Below, one piece after another: positions 8,488 to 20,029 of a stretch of 64,000 nt of DNA. Under the pieces are notes generated by a model. That model saw only the letters and a program-made list of their open reading frames with translations. It was not told where the DNA came from and searched no databases. Source of the stretch: an uncultured bacterium (GTDB taxonomy: Bacteria > Patescibacteriota > JACMRA01); contig OY969926.1 of the NCBI GenBank assembly GCA_963704645.1, positions 960,001 to 1,024,000 on the forward strand, read 5' to 3'. Positions within the stretch are counted from its first letter, which is position 1, and each line of letters opens with the position of its first letter. The position numbers and the translations under genes were made by a program.

Positions 8488-10132
8488 TTAGCCCAAAGAA
8501 AAGAGGGTTAGATTTTTCTGGCCTGCTTAAAAACTCTGGGTGACTTTGCGTGGCTACAAAGAATGGATGGACAGATGTTGATAATTCAACCATTTCTACT
8601 AAAAATTGCTCTCCCTTTTCTACATCTTCAAAATAATGTTTCCCCGAAACAATTAAACCTTTTTCTTCTAAAAGTGGTACATATTCAGATTGAACTTCTA
8701 ATCTGTGCCTATGCCTTTCTATAACAGAAGTTTTGCCAAAAAGGGAGGATGTCAAACTATTCGATTTTAATTCACAACTGTAGCCACCCAACCTCATTGT
8801 TCCGCCTTTTCTATGAATATTAACTTGGGCTGGAATAAGATCTACCAAAAGTTTTTGATCTGGGGAAATTAAGTTTCTGTCTTCAAACATTTCACTGCTA
8901 AAGGCATTAATTTGAAGAACATTTCTAGCATATTCTACCACAGCCATTTGCAAACCTAAACAAATACCTAAAAATGGAATTTTGTTAATGCGGGCATAAT
9001 TAACAGCTTCAATTTTACCTTCCATTCCCCTAGATCCAAAACCACCCGGAACTATAATAGCATTGGCCAACTTCAACTTGTTTAATTCAGCTTCAAATTT
9101 TGGAGTATTTTTTAAATCTGGGTGAAGATTTTCAGCTTCCACAAAATTAATTTTTACTTGCACGTTATTTTCTACACCAGCAATTTTAAGCGATTCCAAC
9201 AAACTTAAATAGGCATCGGTTAACTTTGTATATTTGGCCACTAAGGCTATTTCTACAGTTTTAAGTAATTCAGTTTTATTCAATATTTTGTTAAAGAATT
9301 CTGGTAAACTTGGCTGAATTTGTTTAGAAGAAAATTCGTTAAGACATTGAACCATGCTGGTGTTTTGCAAATACAAAGGAACTTGATAAATAGATTCCAA
9401 ATCTGGTAAACTTATAACTTTGTAGTTAGGCAGATTACTAAACAAGGCAATTTTGGCCATAATTTCCTTAGACAAATCTTGGTCTATTTCTGGTTTATAT
9501 CTTGCCACAACAATATCTGGCTGCAAACCCTTACTTAACAATTCCCTAATAGAATTTTGAAGTGGCTTGGTTTTAAATTCCCCACTACAATGCAAATATG
9601 GAATGTATCCCAAGTGAATATGTAGTACATCCGAACCCTTCTTTTGTTTAAATTGCCTAAAACTTTCTAGGAAAATTTCTCCTTCAATATCACCGGTAGA
9701 ACCTCCAATTTCAATTAACCTTATCATTTCCTGATCTTGCGATACTTTTTTTTGAAAACATTCCTGAATGTAATTTGTAACATGAGGAATTAATTGTACA
9801 TTTTTTCCCAAATAATAGCCTTCTCTTTCCTGCTCTAAAATAGCATTGTAAATTTTACCAGCTGTAACCGAAGCATTTTTGTTTAGGTTTATATTTAAAA
9901 ATCTTTCATAGTGGCCTAAATCTAAATCTGTTTCCGAACCATCTTCTAACACGTAAACTTCGCCGTGTTCATAGGGTGACATAGTTCCCGGATCTATATT
10001 TAAATAAGGATCAAATTTTATAACATCAACTTTAACGCCTGCACTTTTTAAAATAAGCCCAACAGAAGCAGCTGTAATACCTTTTCCAATGCCAGAAACT
10101 ACGCCTCCGGTAACAAAAATAAACTTAGACAT
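8444..10132 (-). CDS. pyrG: CTP synthase
   Basis: KFIFVTGGVVSGIGKG, DPYLNIDPGTMSP, GICLGLQ, ERHRHR, QSHPEF. Confidence 0.97.
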   Translation of the reverse strand: MSKFIFVTGGVVSGIGKGITAASVGLILKSAGVKVDVIKFDPYLNIDPGTMSPYEHGEVYVLEDGSETDLDLGHYERFLNINLNKNASVTAGKIYNAILEQEREGYYLGKNVQLIPHVTNYIQECFQKKVSQDQEMIRLIEIGGSTGDIEGEIFLESFRQFKQKKGSDVLHIHLGYIPYLHCSGEFKTKPLQNSIRELLSKGLQPDIVVARYKPEIDQDLSKEIMAKIALFSNLPNYKVISLPDLESIYQVPLYLQNTSMVQCLNEFSSKQIQPSLPEFFNKILNKTELLKTVEIALVAKYTKLTDAYLSLLESLKIAGVENNVQVKINFVEAENLHPDLKNTPKFEAELNKLKLANAIIVPGGFGSRGMEGKIEAVNYARINKIPFLGICLGLQMAVVEYARNVLQINAFSSEMFEDRNLISPDQKLLVDLIPAQVNIHRKGGTMRLGGYSCELKSNSLTSSLFGKTSVIERHRHRLEVQSEYVPLLEEKGLIVSGKHYFEDVEKGEQFLVEMVELSTSVHPFFVATQSHPEFLSRPEKSNPLFFGLIKAASGQLSFETNK

Positions 10133-10227
10133 ACTTTACCTTTTGAAATAGCTAAATTCAGGTCAAGATTGTGACTAATCTAAATTTGACAAAGGCAATG
10201 AACACGGCAATTTTTAATAGCAAACCT

Positions 10228-11553
10228 ATGTTTAAAGAAATTTGGAAGAAACTTTGGAATAACAACTTTATAAGATCAAACGGAATTTTATTTATAGCTA
10301 ATATTATAAATGGAACTATTAATTTTGGAATAATATTTTTTGCCGAAGCTAAACTTAGTAAAAGTAACTTTGCTTTATGGGTTGCTATTAGTGGTGTTTT
10401 AGCAGTATTTCAAGGGCCAATATCTGGCTTGTCTACGCATTTGGTTCGCAAAATTGCCAATTTAGACCACGACAATCAAAAAGTTTTATCTAGCTATTAT
10501 AGCCAGTTTAAAGTTTTAATTTTTAAAATATTTGGAATACTACTAATTTTGTCCCCTGCCCTTGGTTGGTTAGTTAACAACATTTTTAATTATCAAGACT
10601 TATATTCTAGCTGGTTGGTTATGGCTTATATTTCCTTCCAGCTTTTGCTAAGTTTGAATCAACAAATTTTATTGGGAAGGTTAAAAATTTGGCGCTACGT
10701 TACCAGTCTACTTACATATGGCTTCACAAGGCTGACACTTACTGTAGGTTTAGTATTGGTCGGTTTTGGCGTTCCAACTCTTCCTTTGGCAATGTTATTA
10801 GCTGCTATTTTGGCTTTTACTTTAGGCGAAATACTAACCAAGCCAGTACTTTCTGAAATTGATGAGAAATTTAAAGATCAAGATTCTGCAGAGAAAAAAT
10901 ATGAACTAAAACCTTGGCAAGAACTTCACTCAACTTTCTGGACAGGTTCGGTTCTGCAATTACTACTAATTTTTATGAATTTAGGAGTTTTAACAGGGAA
11001 AAGTTTTTTGGACACAGACAGTTTATACAGTTATTCTCTTGCTTATTCCTTCGGCCAAATAGTTCATTTTGGAGCTTCATCAGCCTTGGGTACTTTCGTA
11101 GCTAATTCAGCAAGAAAACATGACAAAAAACTATACCTAAAAACTTTAGGGGTTATGATGGGTTTGAGTTTGGTAATTAGTGCTTTTGTTGTTTCAGCTA
11201 TAGCTTTTGGAAGGCCAATTTTAGAATACTTTAATAAGCTTACTTACTTTGATAACTTAAAATATATTGCTTTGTTCTTAATTTTCACAATTTTTTACAA
11301 TGCAATTTACGTTACAATTCAATATTTGCTTTCTAGATCGGCTTTCAAAAAATCTGGAGTTCTAGCAATTTTTGTGCTTCTTCAATTCGCTATTTTATTT
11401 ATATTCAATCAACTTGGCTTAGAAACAATTTGGACTACAATTTGGACAAGCATAATTAGTGCAGCTCTTGGGGCAATTACCCTAATTTACTTAGCAATTA
11501 CTTGGAAAATTGACCCAGTTCCAGAAAACGATGCAATTGAAGAAATTTATTAG
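10228..11553 (+). CDS. Multi-pass MOP/Wzx-like polysaccharide flippase
   Basis: About 12 hydrophobic segments with Wzx-like layout. ATG 10228 preferred over GTG 10171. Confidence 0.65.
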   Translation: MFKEIWKKLWNNNFIRSNGILFIANIINGTINFGIIFFAEAKLSKSNFALWVAISGVLAVFQGPISGLSTHLVRKIANLDHDNQKVLSSYYSQFKVLIFKIFGILLILSPALGWLVNNIFNYQDLYSSWLVMAYISFQLLLSLNQQILLGRLKIWRYVTSLLTYGFTRLTLTVGLVLVGFGVPTLPLAMLLAAILAFTLGEILTKPVLSEIDEKFKDQDSAEKKYELKPWQELHSTFWTGSVLQLLLIFMNLGVLTGKSFLDTDSLYSYSLAYSFGQIVHFGASSALGTFVANSARKHDKKLYLKTLGVMMGLSLVISAFVVSAIAFGRPILEYFNKLTYFDNLKYIALFLIFTIFYNAIYVTIQYLLSRSAFKKSGVLAIFVLLQFAILFIFNQLGLETIWTTIWTSIISAALGAITLIYLAITWKIDPVPENDAIEEIY

Positions 11554-11657
11554 GGCTTCAGTCTTTTTGGAGAGCTGTAGAGCCTGTTACCCAAAACTTG
11601 TTTCAAAAAGCTATTGCGAGCTGAGCTTGGCTTAGCGTCAGTTTCTGCCCAAAAGTC

Positions 11658-11814
11658 TAAACAAATAAATAAGATATTTTCAAAAGAAATCAACCCAAAA
11701 CCAAAACCCCCAATAAAGGGAGCTAAGTTTGGTTAGAAGTATAATACAATTAGAGTAAGCTTGGCTGAAAGTACCCCTATCAAGGGGTCAAGCCGAAGGC
11801 TTGGGGGTAGTTTG
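11658..11814. repeat. ~155-bp element downstream of surface-protein gene, second long copy (double hairpin GTACCCCT-ATCA-AGGGGT / CAAGCC-GAA-GGCTTG)
   Basis: Aligns with 4476-4633. Confidence 0.75.
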
Positions 11815-11890
11815 GGTATGGGGGGATTGGCCACACAAGGAAGTTATAGTTATGGCCGGTAGTATCTCCTTTACCCTCCACATTGCCCCC

Positions 11891-11915
11891 GGGAGATAGT
11901 AAATATCTCCCCTAC
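11891..11915 (-). repeat. GTAG-type REP
   Basis: GTAG-G-GGAGATA-TTTAC-TATCTCC-C on minus strand. Confidence 0.7.
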
Positions 11916-11956
11916 AGCCACGCTCAAATTAGTCCGAGCAATGTTCTCAATCCTCC

Positions 11957-14900
11957 CTACAACCCACTTCCACCAATAGAAGTAACTCCAATAGAACCAG
12001 CTTTGAAATCATAGTTGGAATAGATTAGATAGTTCTTTGTAGTGTTTGTAGTTGTATTTGTTGTTATTGCAGTTATTTCAAAGTCTACATTGAATAATAG
12101 TTGATTTGCTTTAAGAAGGTTTCCTGTACATCCTGTAGTATTGTTGTATGTAGAGTTTGTTGTTAATGTTCTGTAGCTTGTATCTGTTCTGAATTTGTAT
12201 TTTATGGAACATGTTGTAGTAAATCCAGATTGTTCTAATCTTGTATCTTTTAGAGTTAGTATTAGGTTATCTGAGTTTGTAGAACCAGAAGCTCCATATC
12301 TTTTGGCTAGGGCTTGGGTTGGGCTGTAGGTTAGTGCTGTTTCGAATAGGGCACATGGGTTAGTTGTGGAACAAGCTGAGTCTGTTACTAGAACTATTTC
12401 TCCTGTATCTGTCTGAGTTGAGTTTGCTCCAACACCAAGTACTCCGTAGATTGGCATATTGCCTGAAGCACTTCCTGTTTGTACAAATTCACAAACTACT
12501 TGATTAGCTGGCCCACCTACTGTAAGACTGCATGTTTGAACTACAGCTGGTGTAGGCCCTGTATTAATTGTACTCCCTATTTTTAAAGTGAAGTCTGTTG
12601 GCAATGTTTTGTTTACTGGAAGGATGAAGTCACAAGTTGTTAAGCTATTTACGCTTACTGAGTTTCCTCCTCCGCACACTACTGTAAGTGCTGGGATATC
12701 TGCAGTAGTTAAAGGAGTATTTGCTGGATTTACAGTGATATCATTTCCATTGGCATAAGTAGATACTGTACCACTAGCTTTGTATTGTGAAGTTAGAATG
12801 CCTGCTGTAGATCCTACACTTATTCCAGTACAAGTAAGAGTATTTCCTGTAGCAGGGATAGTACAGTTTTTAATAGTACCAGCTGTTCCTATTCTAAAGT
12901 CTATACTACCTGTGAAGTTATTGAAGGTGTTAGTTCCAGACAGGGTTATTGTACAGTCTACTGAAGTATCTGCAGGTACGCTAGTTGGAGAACAGGACAG
13001 AGATTGAATATCTGTGTTTTGAATAGGATTGTTTACTACTACATCACTGCTTCCTGTGTTAATAGCTGTGTTGTTGTTTAAACTGTAATTTGGTTTGAAG
13101 GTTCCAATTAAAGTTCCCACAGGAGTAAGTGTACAAGTTAGAGTGTTACCTGCGGTTGGAAAGGCAGGACAAGGTGTATTCAGTCCATCACTAATTTGAA
13201 TCTTTATATCGCCTGTAAGGTTACTAAAGGTAGTTGTTCCAGTTAGGGTAACTACACAGTCACTTGTTTGGTTTATTAATTTTGGAGTTGTACACACCAC
13301 AGTTGAGATGTCACCATTAGAAATTAGTCTGTTAACTGTTACTGTTGATGTTGTGGGAATAACAGCACCGTTTCCAATTTGTCCGTTTATTGGTTGGTTT
13401 CCAGTTAATGTTCCTGTTGGAACTGCAATACAAGTTACTTCCTGTGTAGTGGTATTGGTTACTGTACAAGTTCCTGCTGGAGTTGCGTCTGATACTCCTA
13501 GTTTGAAATCACTTGGAAGAGTTTTGTTTGTAGGTAGTGTGAAGGTACAGGTTGTTGTAGAGTTTACGGTTGCTGTTCCTAAAACTCCTCCTACTCCACA
13601 GGTTACTACTAGGGAAGAGATGTCTGCTGAAGTTAAAGGTGGAATGACCACATTGATATTATTTCCATCAAGATAAGTAGTACCACTTCCAGAAGCATTA
13701 TATTGACTTGGGAACGTACCATCAGTTGCTCCTACTGGTATGTCATTACAAGTTAGAGTTGTTCCAGTAGAATTACTTGGGATAGGACAGTTTACTACAG
13801 TTCCGCTTGTGCCTATTCTTATGTTTACACTTCCACTTAGTGTGTTTAGGTCTACTGTGGTTGTTACTGTACAGTTTACGTTAGTATTGATGTTGGTTGT
13901 AGTAGGAGTACAAGTAACTGATGAAATATTACTATTGGTTATAGGTGTTCTAGTGCTAGATGTATAAACAGTCCCAGATAGGTTTACACAATCACCAGCT
14001 CCAGTTCCTGCATTAACTGTTTGAGTACCAGTATAGCCTGTTAGATTATCTGCAAGGAAAGCAATTCTTCCTCCAGCTCCACATCCTCCACCACTTATTC
14101 CGTTACCTCCATTAGAGACTAAGTTTCCTGTTCCTGCAATAGTAGGAGAGAATAACCAAATACTTCCTCCAGATCCTCCTCCACTAGTTCCAGTACCGTT
14201 TGTAGCATTAGTTGTAATGTTACCGTTTAAGGTAATAGAAGTATTAGCTCTTAGTTTAAAGTATCCTCCTCCGTTTCCACCATTAGCCCCTCCTCCAGCT
14301 GAACCAATTTGATCTGGGGCAATATTACTTCCATAGGCTATTCCTCCTATAGCTCCGTTATTGCTATCTCCTCCATTATTTCCAAAGCCTGCTCCACTTC
14401 CTACTCCAGAAACTACGTTTCCTCCTCCTGGGCCATTACCAACTCCTGCGTTGTTTCCACTGTATCCTAAACCGTTTAGATTAATTGAAGATTGGTTATC
14501 TATACTAAAAGTATTTGTTTCAATATCTATATAATTTGTTTGAGTGTTAGAGTTGGGTAGATGAGTTACTGAAGCTGTACTTGCTTTTTCTATTACCACT
14601 GAGTCTACAGAATAATTTCCTGTAAAACATGGCATGTTAGATACTGTTGGAGAGCAAGATAATTTTGTACCAGCACCCACAACAGAATTTCTAATAATTA
14701 ATGAACCAGTACTGGGAATAGGTATGCCTGCTGGGGTTATTTGTTTTGAGTATACCGTACCTGCTCCACCAGAACCATTATTTAAATTAACACCTCCACT
14801 TGCACTAACACTTCCAGTTAAAGTTTTACTTTGGTAGTATAGAGCTATTCTTCCTCCACCTCCACCATAAGAACCATTTCCTCCATTAGCATTAATGTTA

Positions 14901-17687
14901 CCATTACCAGCTAAGGTATTAGTATTAATCCAAACTGAACCTCCTGAACCACTGTTACCAACACTACTTCCATTAGCTAATATACTTCCGTTGTTAGTTA
15001 AAGTACCTGTAATGTTTAGTTTAATAGATCCACCACCATTTGCTCCATTATTAGCACCTCCACTACCTAAATCAGTAGGTTCAGTGATTGAGCCATAGGA
15101 ATTTCCTCCAATGTTGGTTGGGCCACCATTTCCTCCATAACCACCAGCATAAGATGCAGATGCACCAGGGCCTTGAGAGGAAGCATAGCCTTTAGCTGTA
15201 GCGTCAATTGTTCCTCCGACATCTATAGTTAAATTAGTGAAGGTTAGATCTAGCTTGTAGTTTTCATTAGCTGCTAATGTGGTATTTGGAGATGTAGTTA
15301 AGTATCCACCATTTTGAACATTTAGGACGGCCTGAGAAATATTAGTAGGGCTTGATTTGCTTTCCCAATAACCAGACAAGGTAACAGCATTAAGATTGTT
15401 AGAAAATGCTAATAGATTATTTTGGTAGAAATTTGTTCCTGTATTAACATCAAAAGTAGTATTTAAAATAGTTAAATCTTTGTTTAAGACTACATTAGCT
15501 TTGTTGGTTACTATTAAGTTATCTAGAGTTGTTAAAGATAGACTAGTTGAATTAACAGTGGTGGTAGGGAAGCTGCTTGAACCTCCAATATTTCCATTAT
15601 CTATTCTAAGATTACCATTTACTAGAACTGCATCATTTGTATCTTTTTCATATACCGTACCTGCTCCACCAGAACCATTATTTAAATTAACACCTCCACT
15701 TGCACTAACACTTCCAGTTAAAGTTTTACTTTGGTAGTATAGAGCTATTCTTCCTCCACCTCCACCATAAGAACCATTTCCTCCATTAGCATTAATGTTA
15801 CCATTACCAGCTAAGGTATTAGTATTAATCCAAACTGAACCTCCTGAACCACTGTTACCAACACTACTTCCATTAGCTAATATACTTCCGTTGTTAGTTA
15901 AAGTACCTGTAATGTTTAGTTTAATAGATCCACCACCATTTGCTCCATTATTAGCACCTCCACTACCTAAATCAGTAGGTTCAGTGATTGAGCCATAGGA
16001 ATTTCCTCCAATGTTGGTTGGGCCACCATTTCCTCCATAACCACCAGCATAAGATGCAGATGCACCAGGGCCTTGAGAGGAAGCATAGCCTTTAGCTGTA
16101 GCGTCAATTGTTCCTCCGACATCTATAGTTAAATTAGTGAAGGTTAGATCTAGCTTGTAGTTTTCATTAGCTGCTAATGTGGTATTTGGAGATGTAGTTA
16201 AGTATCCACCATTTTGAACATTTAGGACGGCCTGAGAAATATTAGTAGGGCTTGATTTGCTTTCCCAATAACCAGACAAGGTAACAGCATTAAGATTGTT
16301 AGAAAATGCTAATAGATTATTTTGGTAGAAATTTGTTCCTGTATTAACATCAAAAGTAGTATTTAAAATAGTTAAATCTTTGTTTAAGACTACATTAGCT
16401 TTGTTGGTTACTATTAAGTTATCTAGAGTTGTTAAAGATAGACTAGTTGAATTAACAGTGGTGGTAGGGAAGCTGCTTGAACCTCCAATATTTCCATTAT
16501 CTATTCTAAGATTACCATTTACTAGAACTGCATCATTTGTATCTTTTTCATATACCGTACCTGCTCCACCAGAACCATTATTTAAATTAACACCTCCACT
16601 TGCACTAACACTTCCAGTTAAAGTTTTACTTTGGTAGTATAGAGCTATTCTTCCTCCACCTCCACCATAAGAACCATTTCCTCCATTAGCATTAATGTTA
16701 CCATTACCAGCTAAGGTATTAGTATTAATCCAAACTGAACCTCCTGAACCACTGTTACCAACACTACTTCCATTAGCTAATATACTTCCGTTGTTAGTTA
16801 AAGTACCTGTAATGTTTAGTTTAATAGATCCACCACCATTTGCTCCATTATTAGCACCTCCACTACCTAAATCAGTAGGTTCAGTGATTGAGCCATAGGA
16901 ATTTCCTCCAATGTTGGTTGGGCCACCATTTCCTCCATAACCACCAGCATAAGATGCAGATGCACCAGGGCCTTGAGAGGAAGCATAGCCTTTAGCTGTA
17001 GCGTCAATTGTTCCTCCGACACTACCAGACAATGCAGCAACCTTAAACGCATACCCCTGAGCTAGTGTAAGAGTAACCCCAGAGTTAACTTGAAAGTTAC
17101 CAACATTACAATATCTACTAGTTGCATTTGTAAGAGTGGTGTTAGTACTATAGATTAAATCTGCTCACATCACAGTCATAACTAGCTAAAGTAGATAAAG
17201 GAGAAGTGGCACTTAAACCATTACCATTTTTAGCAAATACTTTAAACTGATAAGCTGTACCAGCTATTAATTCTTTACTTGAACTTAGATTGTAAGTAAG
17301 AGCTGTATTTACTCCATCATTTAAAAGATTGTTTACAGATGCAAAGTTATCTGTACTGTATCTAATCTCATAATCTGTAATAGGATCTCCTCCATCACTA
17401 GCTGGAGCTGTCCAGGATAGAATGTCATTACCTGTAGTATCTGTAGTAGAAGTAACTCCTGTTATGTCTCCTGGTATTGTTCCTGCAGCTTTAGCTACAT
17501 TTCTTTCTTCATTTAAACTTGAATAAGCTACTAAACCAGTTATAACTAATACTAGTGCAATAAAACCAAATTGTAATATTTTGGATGGTTTCTTTTTAAG
17601 AAAGTTAAATATATTTTTATTACTTGTATTTTTTTGAAATGGTTTAGATTCAATACCAGAATTAGGTTTAGTGTTTATACTAGACAT
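11957..17687 (-). CDS. Large secreted adhesin-like protein (~1,900 aa; FnIII + Gly-rich beta-helix repeats + Cys-paired modules), frameshifted near 17165-17168
   Basis: ORF 17148-17687 has TM/signal (AKAA) and FnIII (LSWTAPASDGGDPITDYEIRYS). The frame of ORF 11957-17032 is open back to 17164; removing one base in GAT-G-TGA-GCA fuses the two. Confidence 0.75.
14751..17021 (-). repeat. 900-bp (300-aa) tandem repeat, 2.5 copies, apparently identical
   Basis: Lines starting 14761, 15661 and 16561 read identically; no mismatch seen by eye. Confidence 0.95.
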
Positions 17688-17891
17688 GTTTTTGTTTTTG
17701 TTTTTGTTTTGATTTTTCTTAAATATTTCCTAATTATTTAAGTCCTGAGCTCAGTGTATCTTATTGTTTGTTTTATGTAAAAATTGGGGGGATTGTAGCT
17801 AATCTCCTAACTAAAATTTAACTAGGAAGGATTACTTATAAATATAGTGCTGTAGGCTTACTGTGGTTTACAGTACAATTTAGTAGGCAAT

Positions 17892-17987
17892 TTAAATCCC
17901 TCTCGGGTAATATTCCCCGCTGCTTGCAGCGAATGAAAATCAGAGTTATTGTTTGATGCCCCGTATCTTGCTGCGGGGAGGTTTATT
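17892..17987 (-). mobile_element. Non-autonomous IS200/IS605-type miniature element (two subterminal hairpins, no ORF)
   Basis: AATAAACCTCCCCGCAGCAAGATACGGGGCATC...TTCGCTGCAAGCAGCGGGGAATATTACCCG; GC-rich in AT-rich intergenic DNA. Confidence 0.55.
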
Positions 17988-18241
17988 AGCTTATTTACCT
18001 TGAAATGAATGCAAATTATATTTATACTTCACTTAAATACACACTGCAATTTTATTTAATAATACGCATAATGGCTTCGTATAATATAATAATTTGACCT
18101 GTCTTAAAAGCAATCTTGACAAAAGTGGAGTACAAATATAAGAATGAAGCAAGTTTTTTAGCAGTTTTTTATTATATATAGTACTAGCAATAAAATGCAT
18201 ACACTAGCTGTAGTAAACGTTAAAATAAGTATTAAATAAGT

Positions 18242-19471
18242 ATGCTACCTAAAAGTTTGAAGACAGACAATAACTCAAGATCCGACAGTTACCTTTCTTC
18301 CTCAAAATTCAGCCCAGCGGCAAAAATCAAAGTTATCGGAACAGGTGGTGGAGGTGGCAACGCCGTACGTAGAATGATTGAAATTGGGGTTGAAGGTGTA
18401 GAATTTTGGGCAATGAACACAGATTTACAAGCCTTAAAATCTATTCACGCAGATGGAATTGTTCAACTAGGAACCAACGTAACCAGAGGACTAGGTGCTG
18501 GAATGAGTGCCGAAGTTGGAAGACAAGCAGCTGAAGAAAGCATGGCCGAAATTGAAGCTGCCTTAGCAGGTGCTGACATGGTATTTATTACAGCTGGTAT
18601 GGGCGGAGGAACAGGAACTGGTGCAAGCCCTGTTGTAGCTGAAGTTGCCAAAAGGATGGGTATTTTAACGGTTGGTGTAGTTACTAAACCTTTCGATTTT
18701 GAAGGTGCAAAAAGAAGGCAGTTAGCTGAAGAAGGTATTGAAAGACTAAAAGCCAACGCTGACGCAGTAATTATTGTTCCAAATCAAAGACTTTTACAAA
18801 TTATTGATAAGCGCACAAGTTTGTATGAAGCTTTCAAAATTTCCGACGATATTTTAAGACAGGCTGTTCAAGGAATTTCCAATTTAATCAACCTACCTGG
18901 TGAAGTTAACGTAGATTTCGCAGACGTTAGAGCAATTATGAGCAACGCTGGAACTGCTTTAATGGGAATGGGACGAGCAAGTGGAAGTGGAGAAGATACA
19001 GCCAAGAACGCAGCTTTAATGGCCATAGATTCGCCTTTACTTGAACTTAGCATTGAAGGAGCTAGGGGAATTTTGTTTAACGTTGAAGGAGGTAAAAATC
19101 TTTCATTGTTAGCCGTAAGCGAAGCCGCAGACATTATTAAGCATCACGCAGACCCTGAAGCTAAAATTATTTTTGGAACTTCCATTGATCCTAATTTACA
19201 GGACGAAATTAAAATTACAGTTGTTGCTACTGGTTTTACTAAAGAAAAAGAAGATATGGCAATGTACGGTGGAAACCAAAGTATGGGCAGAGTTGAAAGC
19301 AAACTACCATATACACCACCAAAGTTTGGAGGAAGAGAGGAAAACATTAACAGAAACACCCCTACCCCTTCTAACAACGTACAAGCTAAAAAAGATTCTT
19401 ACGACGAAGAAAAGCTAGAAATTCCTGCCTTCCTAAGAAACAAAATTACAGGTCAAAACGACGACGAGTAG
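18242..19471 (+). CDS. ftsZ: Cell division protein FtsZ
   Basis: [26 protein letters not shown]-terminal EIPAFLR. Confidence 0.98.
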   Translation: MLPKSLKTDNNSRSDSYLSSSKFSPAAKIKVIGTGGGGGNAVRRMIEIGVEGVEFWAMNTDLQALKSIHADGIVQLGTNVTRGLGAGMSAEVGRQAAEESMAEIEAALAGADMVFITAGMGGGTGTGASPVVAEVAKRMGILTVGVVTKPFDFEGAKRRQLAEEGIERLKANADAVIIVPNQRLLQIIDKRTSLYEAFKISDDILRQAVQGISNLINLPGEVNVDFADVRAIMSNAGTALMGMGRASGSGEDTAKNAALMAIDSPLLELSIEGARGILFNVEGGKNLSLLAVSEAADIIKHHADPEAKIIFGTSIDPNLQDEIKITVVATGFTKEKEDMAMYGGNQSMGRVESKLPYTPPKFGGREENINRNTPTPSNNVQAKKDSYDEEKLEIPAFLRNKITGQNDDE

Positions 19472-19504
19472 AAATTTAAAAGATAAAAATTTAAACAAAA
19501 ATTT

Positions 19505-19533
19505 AGCCCCCATTTTTCCTTGGGGGTTGTTTA
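19505..19533. terminator. Bidirectional intrinsic terminator
   Basis: AGCCCCCA-loop-TGGGGGTT between convergent genes. Confidence 0.6.
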
Positions 19534-19540
19534 TGATCTA

Positions 19541-19915
19541 CTAGTTGACAATGGGTTGGACTGGGAAGGACAGATCTTTCATTAATTCGCCAATTGAAAC
19601 GAGGTCAGCTTCCAATTGGTATTGGCAAGCATACAGTTCTAGCTGTTTACCCGGCTCTGTTGAAAATGTAAAACTTACCATGTACCCTGGCTCTAGACTG
19701 AACACTTCTCCAGCATCATGCTTGTAGCATTTTGTGTTGCTTTTTAAAGCAACTGGGTGGGACGAGGTGTTGTCAACTAAAACACTACTTTGATCAACAG
19801 TATCACCTGTGATGCAAAGTATTTTTAGAGCACCTTTGAGCGCTGGATGTTCGTTTTCATCGGGCGCATGGTCATCATGCGTTACTATTATTGTCCTAAT
19901 TTCTTGAACACTCAT
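19541..19915 (-). CDS. Orphan hypothetical protein
   Basis: 124 aa; SD AAGGAG; TTGTCA-17-TACAAA upstream. Confidence 0.6.
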   Translation of the reverse strand: MSVQEIRTIIVTHDDHAPDENEHPALKGALKILCITGDTVDQSSVLVDNTSSHPVALKSNTKCYKHDAGEVFSLEPGYMVSFTFSTEPGKQLELYACQYQLEADLVSIGELMKDLSFPVQPIVN

Positions 19916-20029
19916 TCAAATATACTCCTTTATGAAATAGTGAGTAATTACTTTGTAGCATATTTCCCCACGTTTGACAACTAGCCTTCTAAATTCAACA
20001 TTCTAGCAACATTTTTTAAATTGCAATTT

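Noticed and set aside
17165-17167. TGA at the adhesin junction as evidence of UGA=Gly recoding (code 25)
   Set aside because: The two ORFs are in different frames, and rpoB, gyrA, leuS and the 12.8-kb gene are uninterrupted under code 11.
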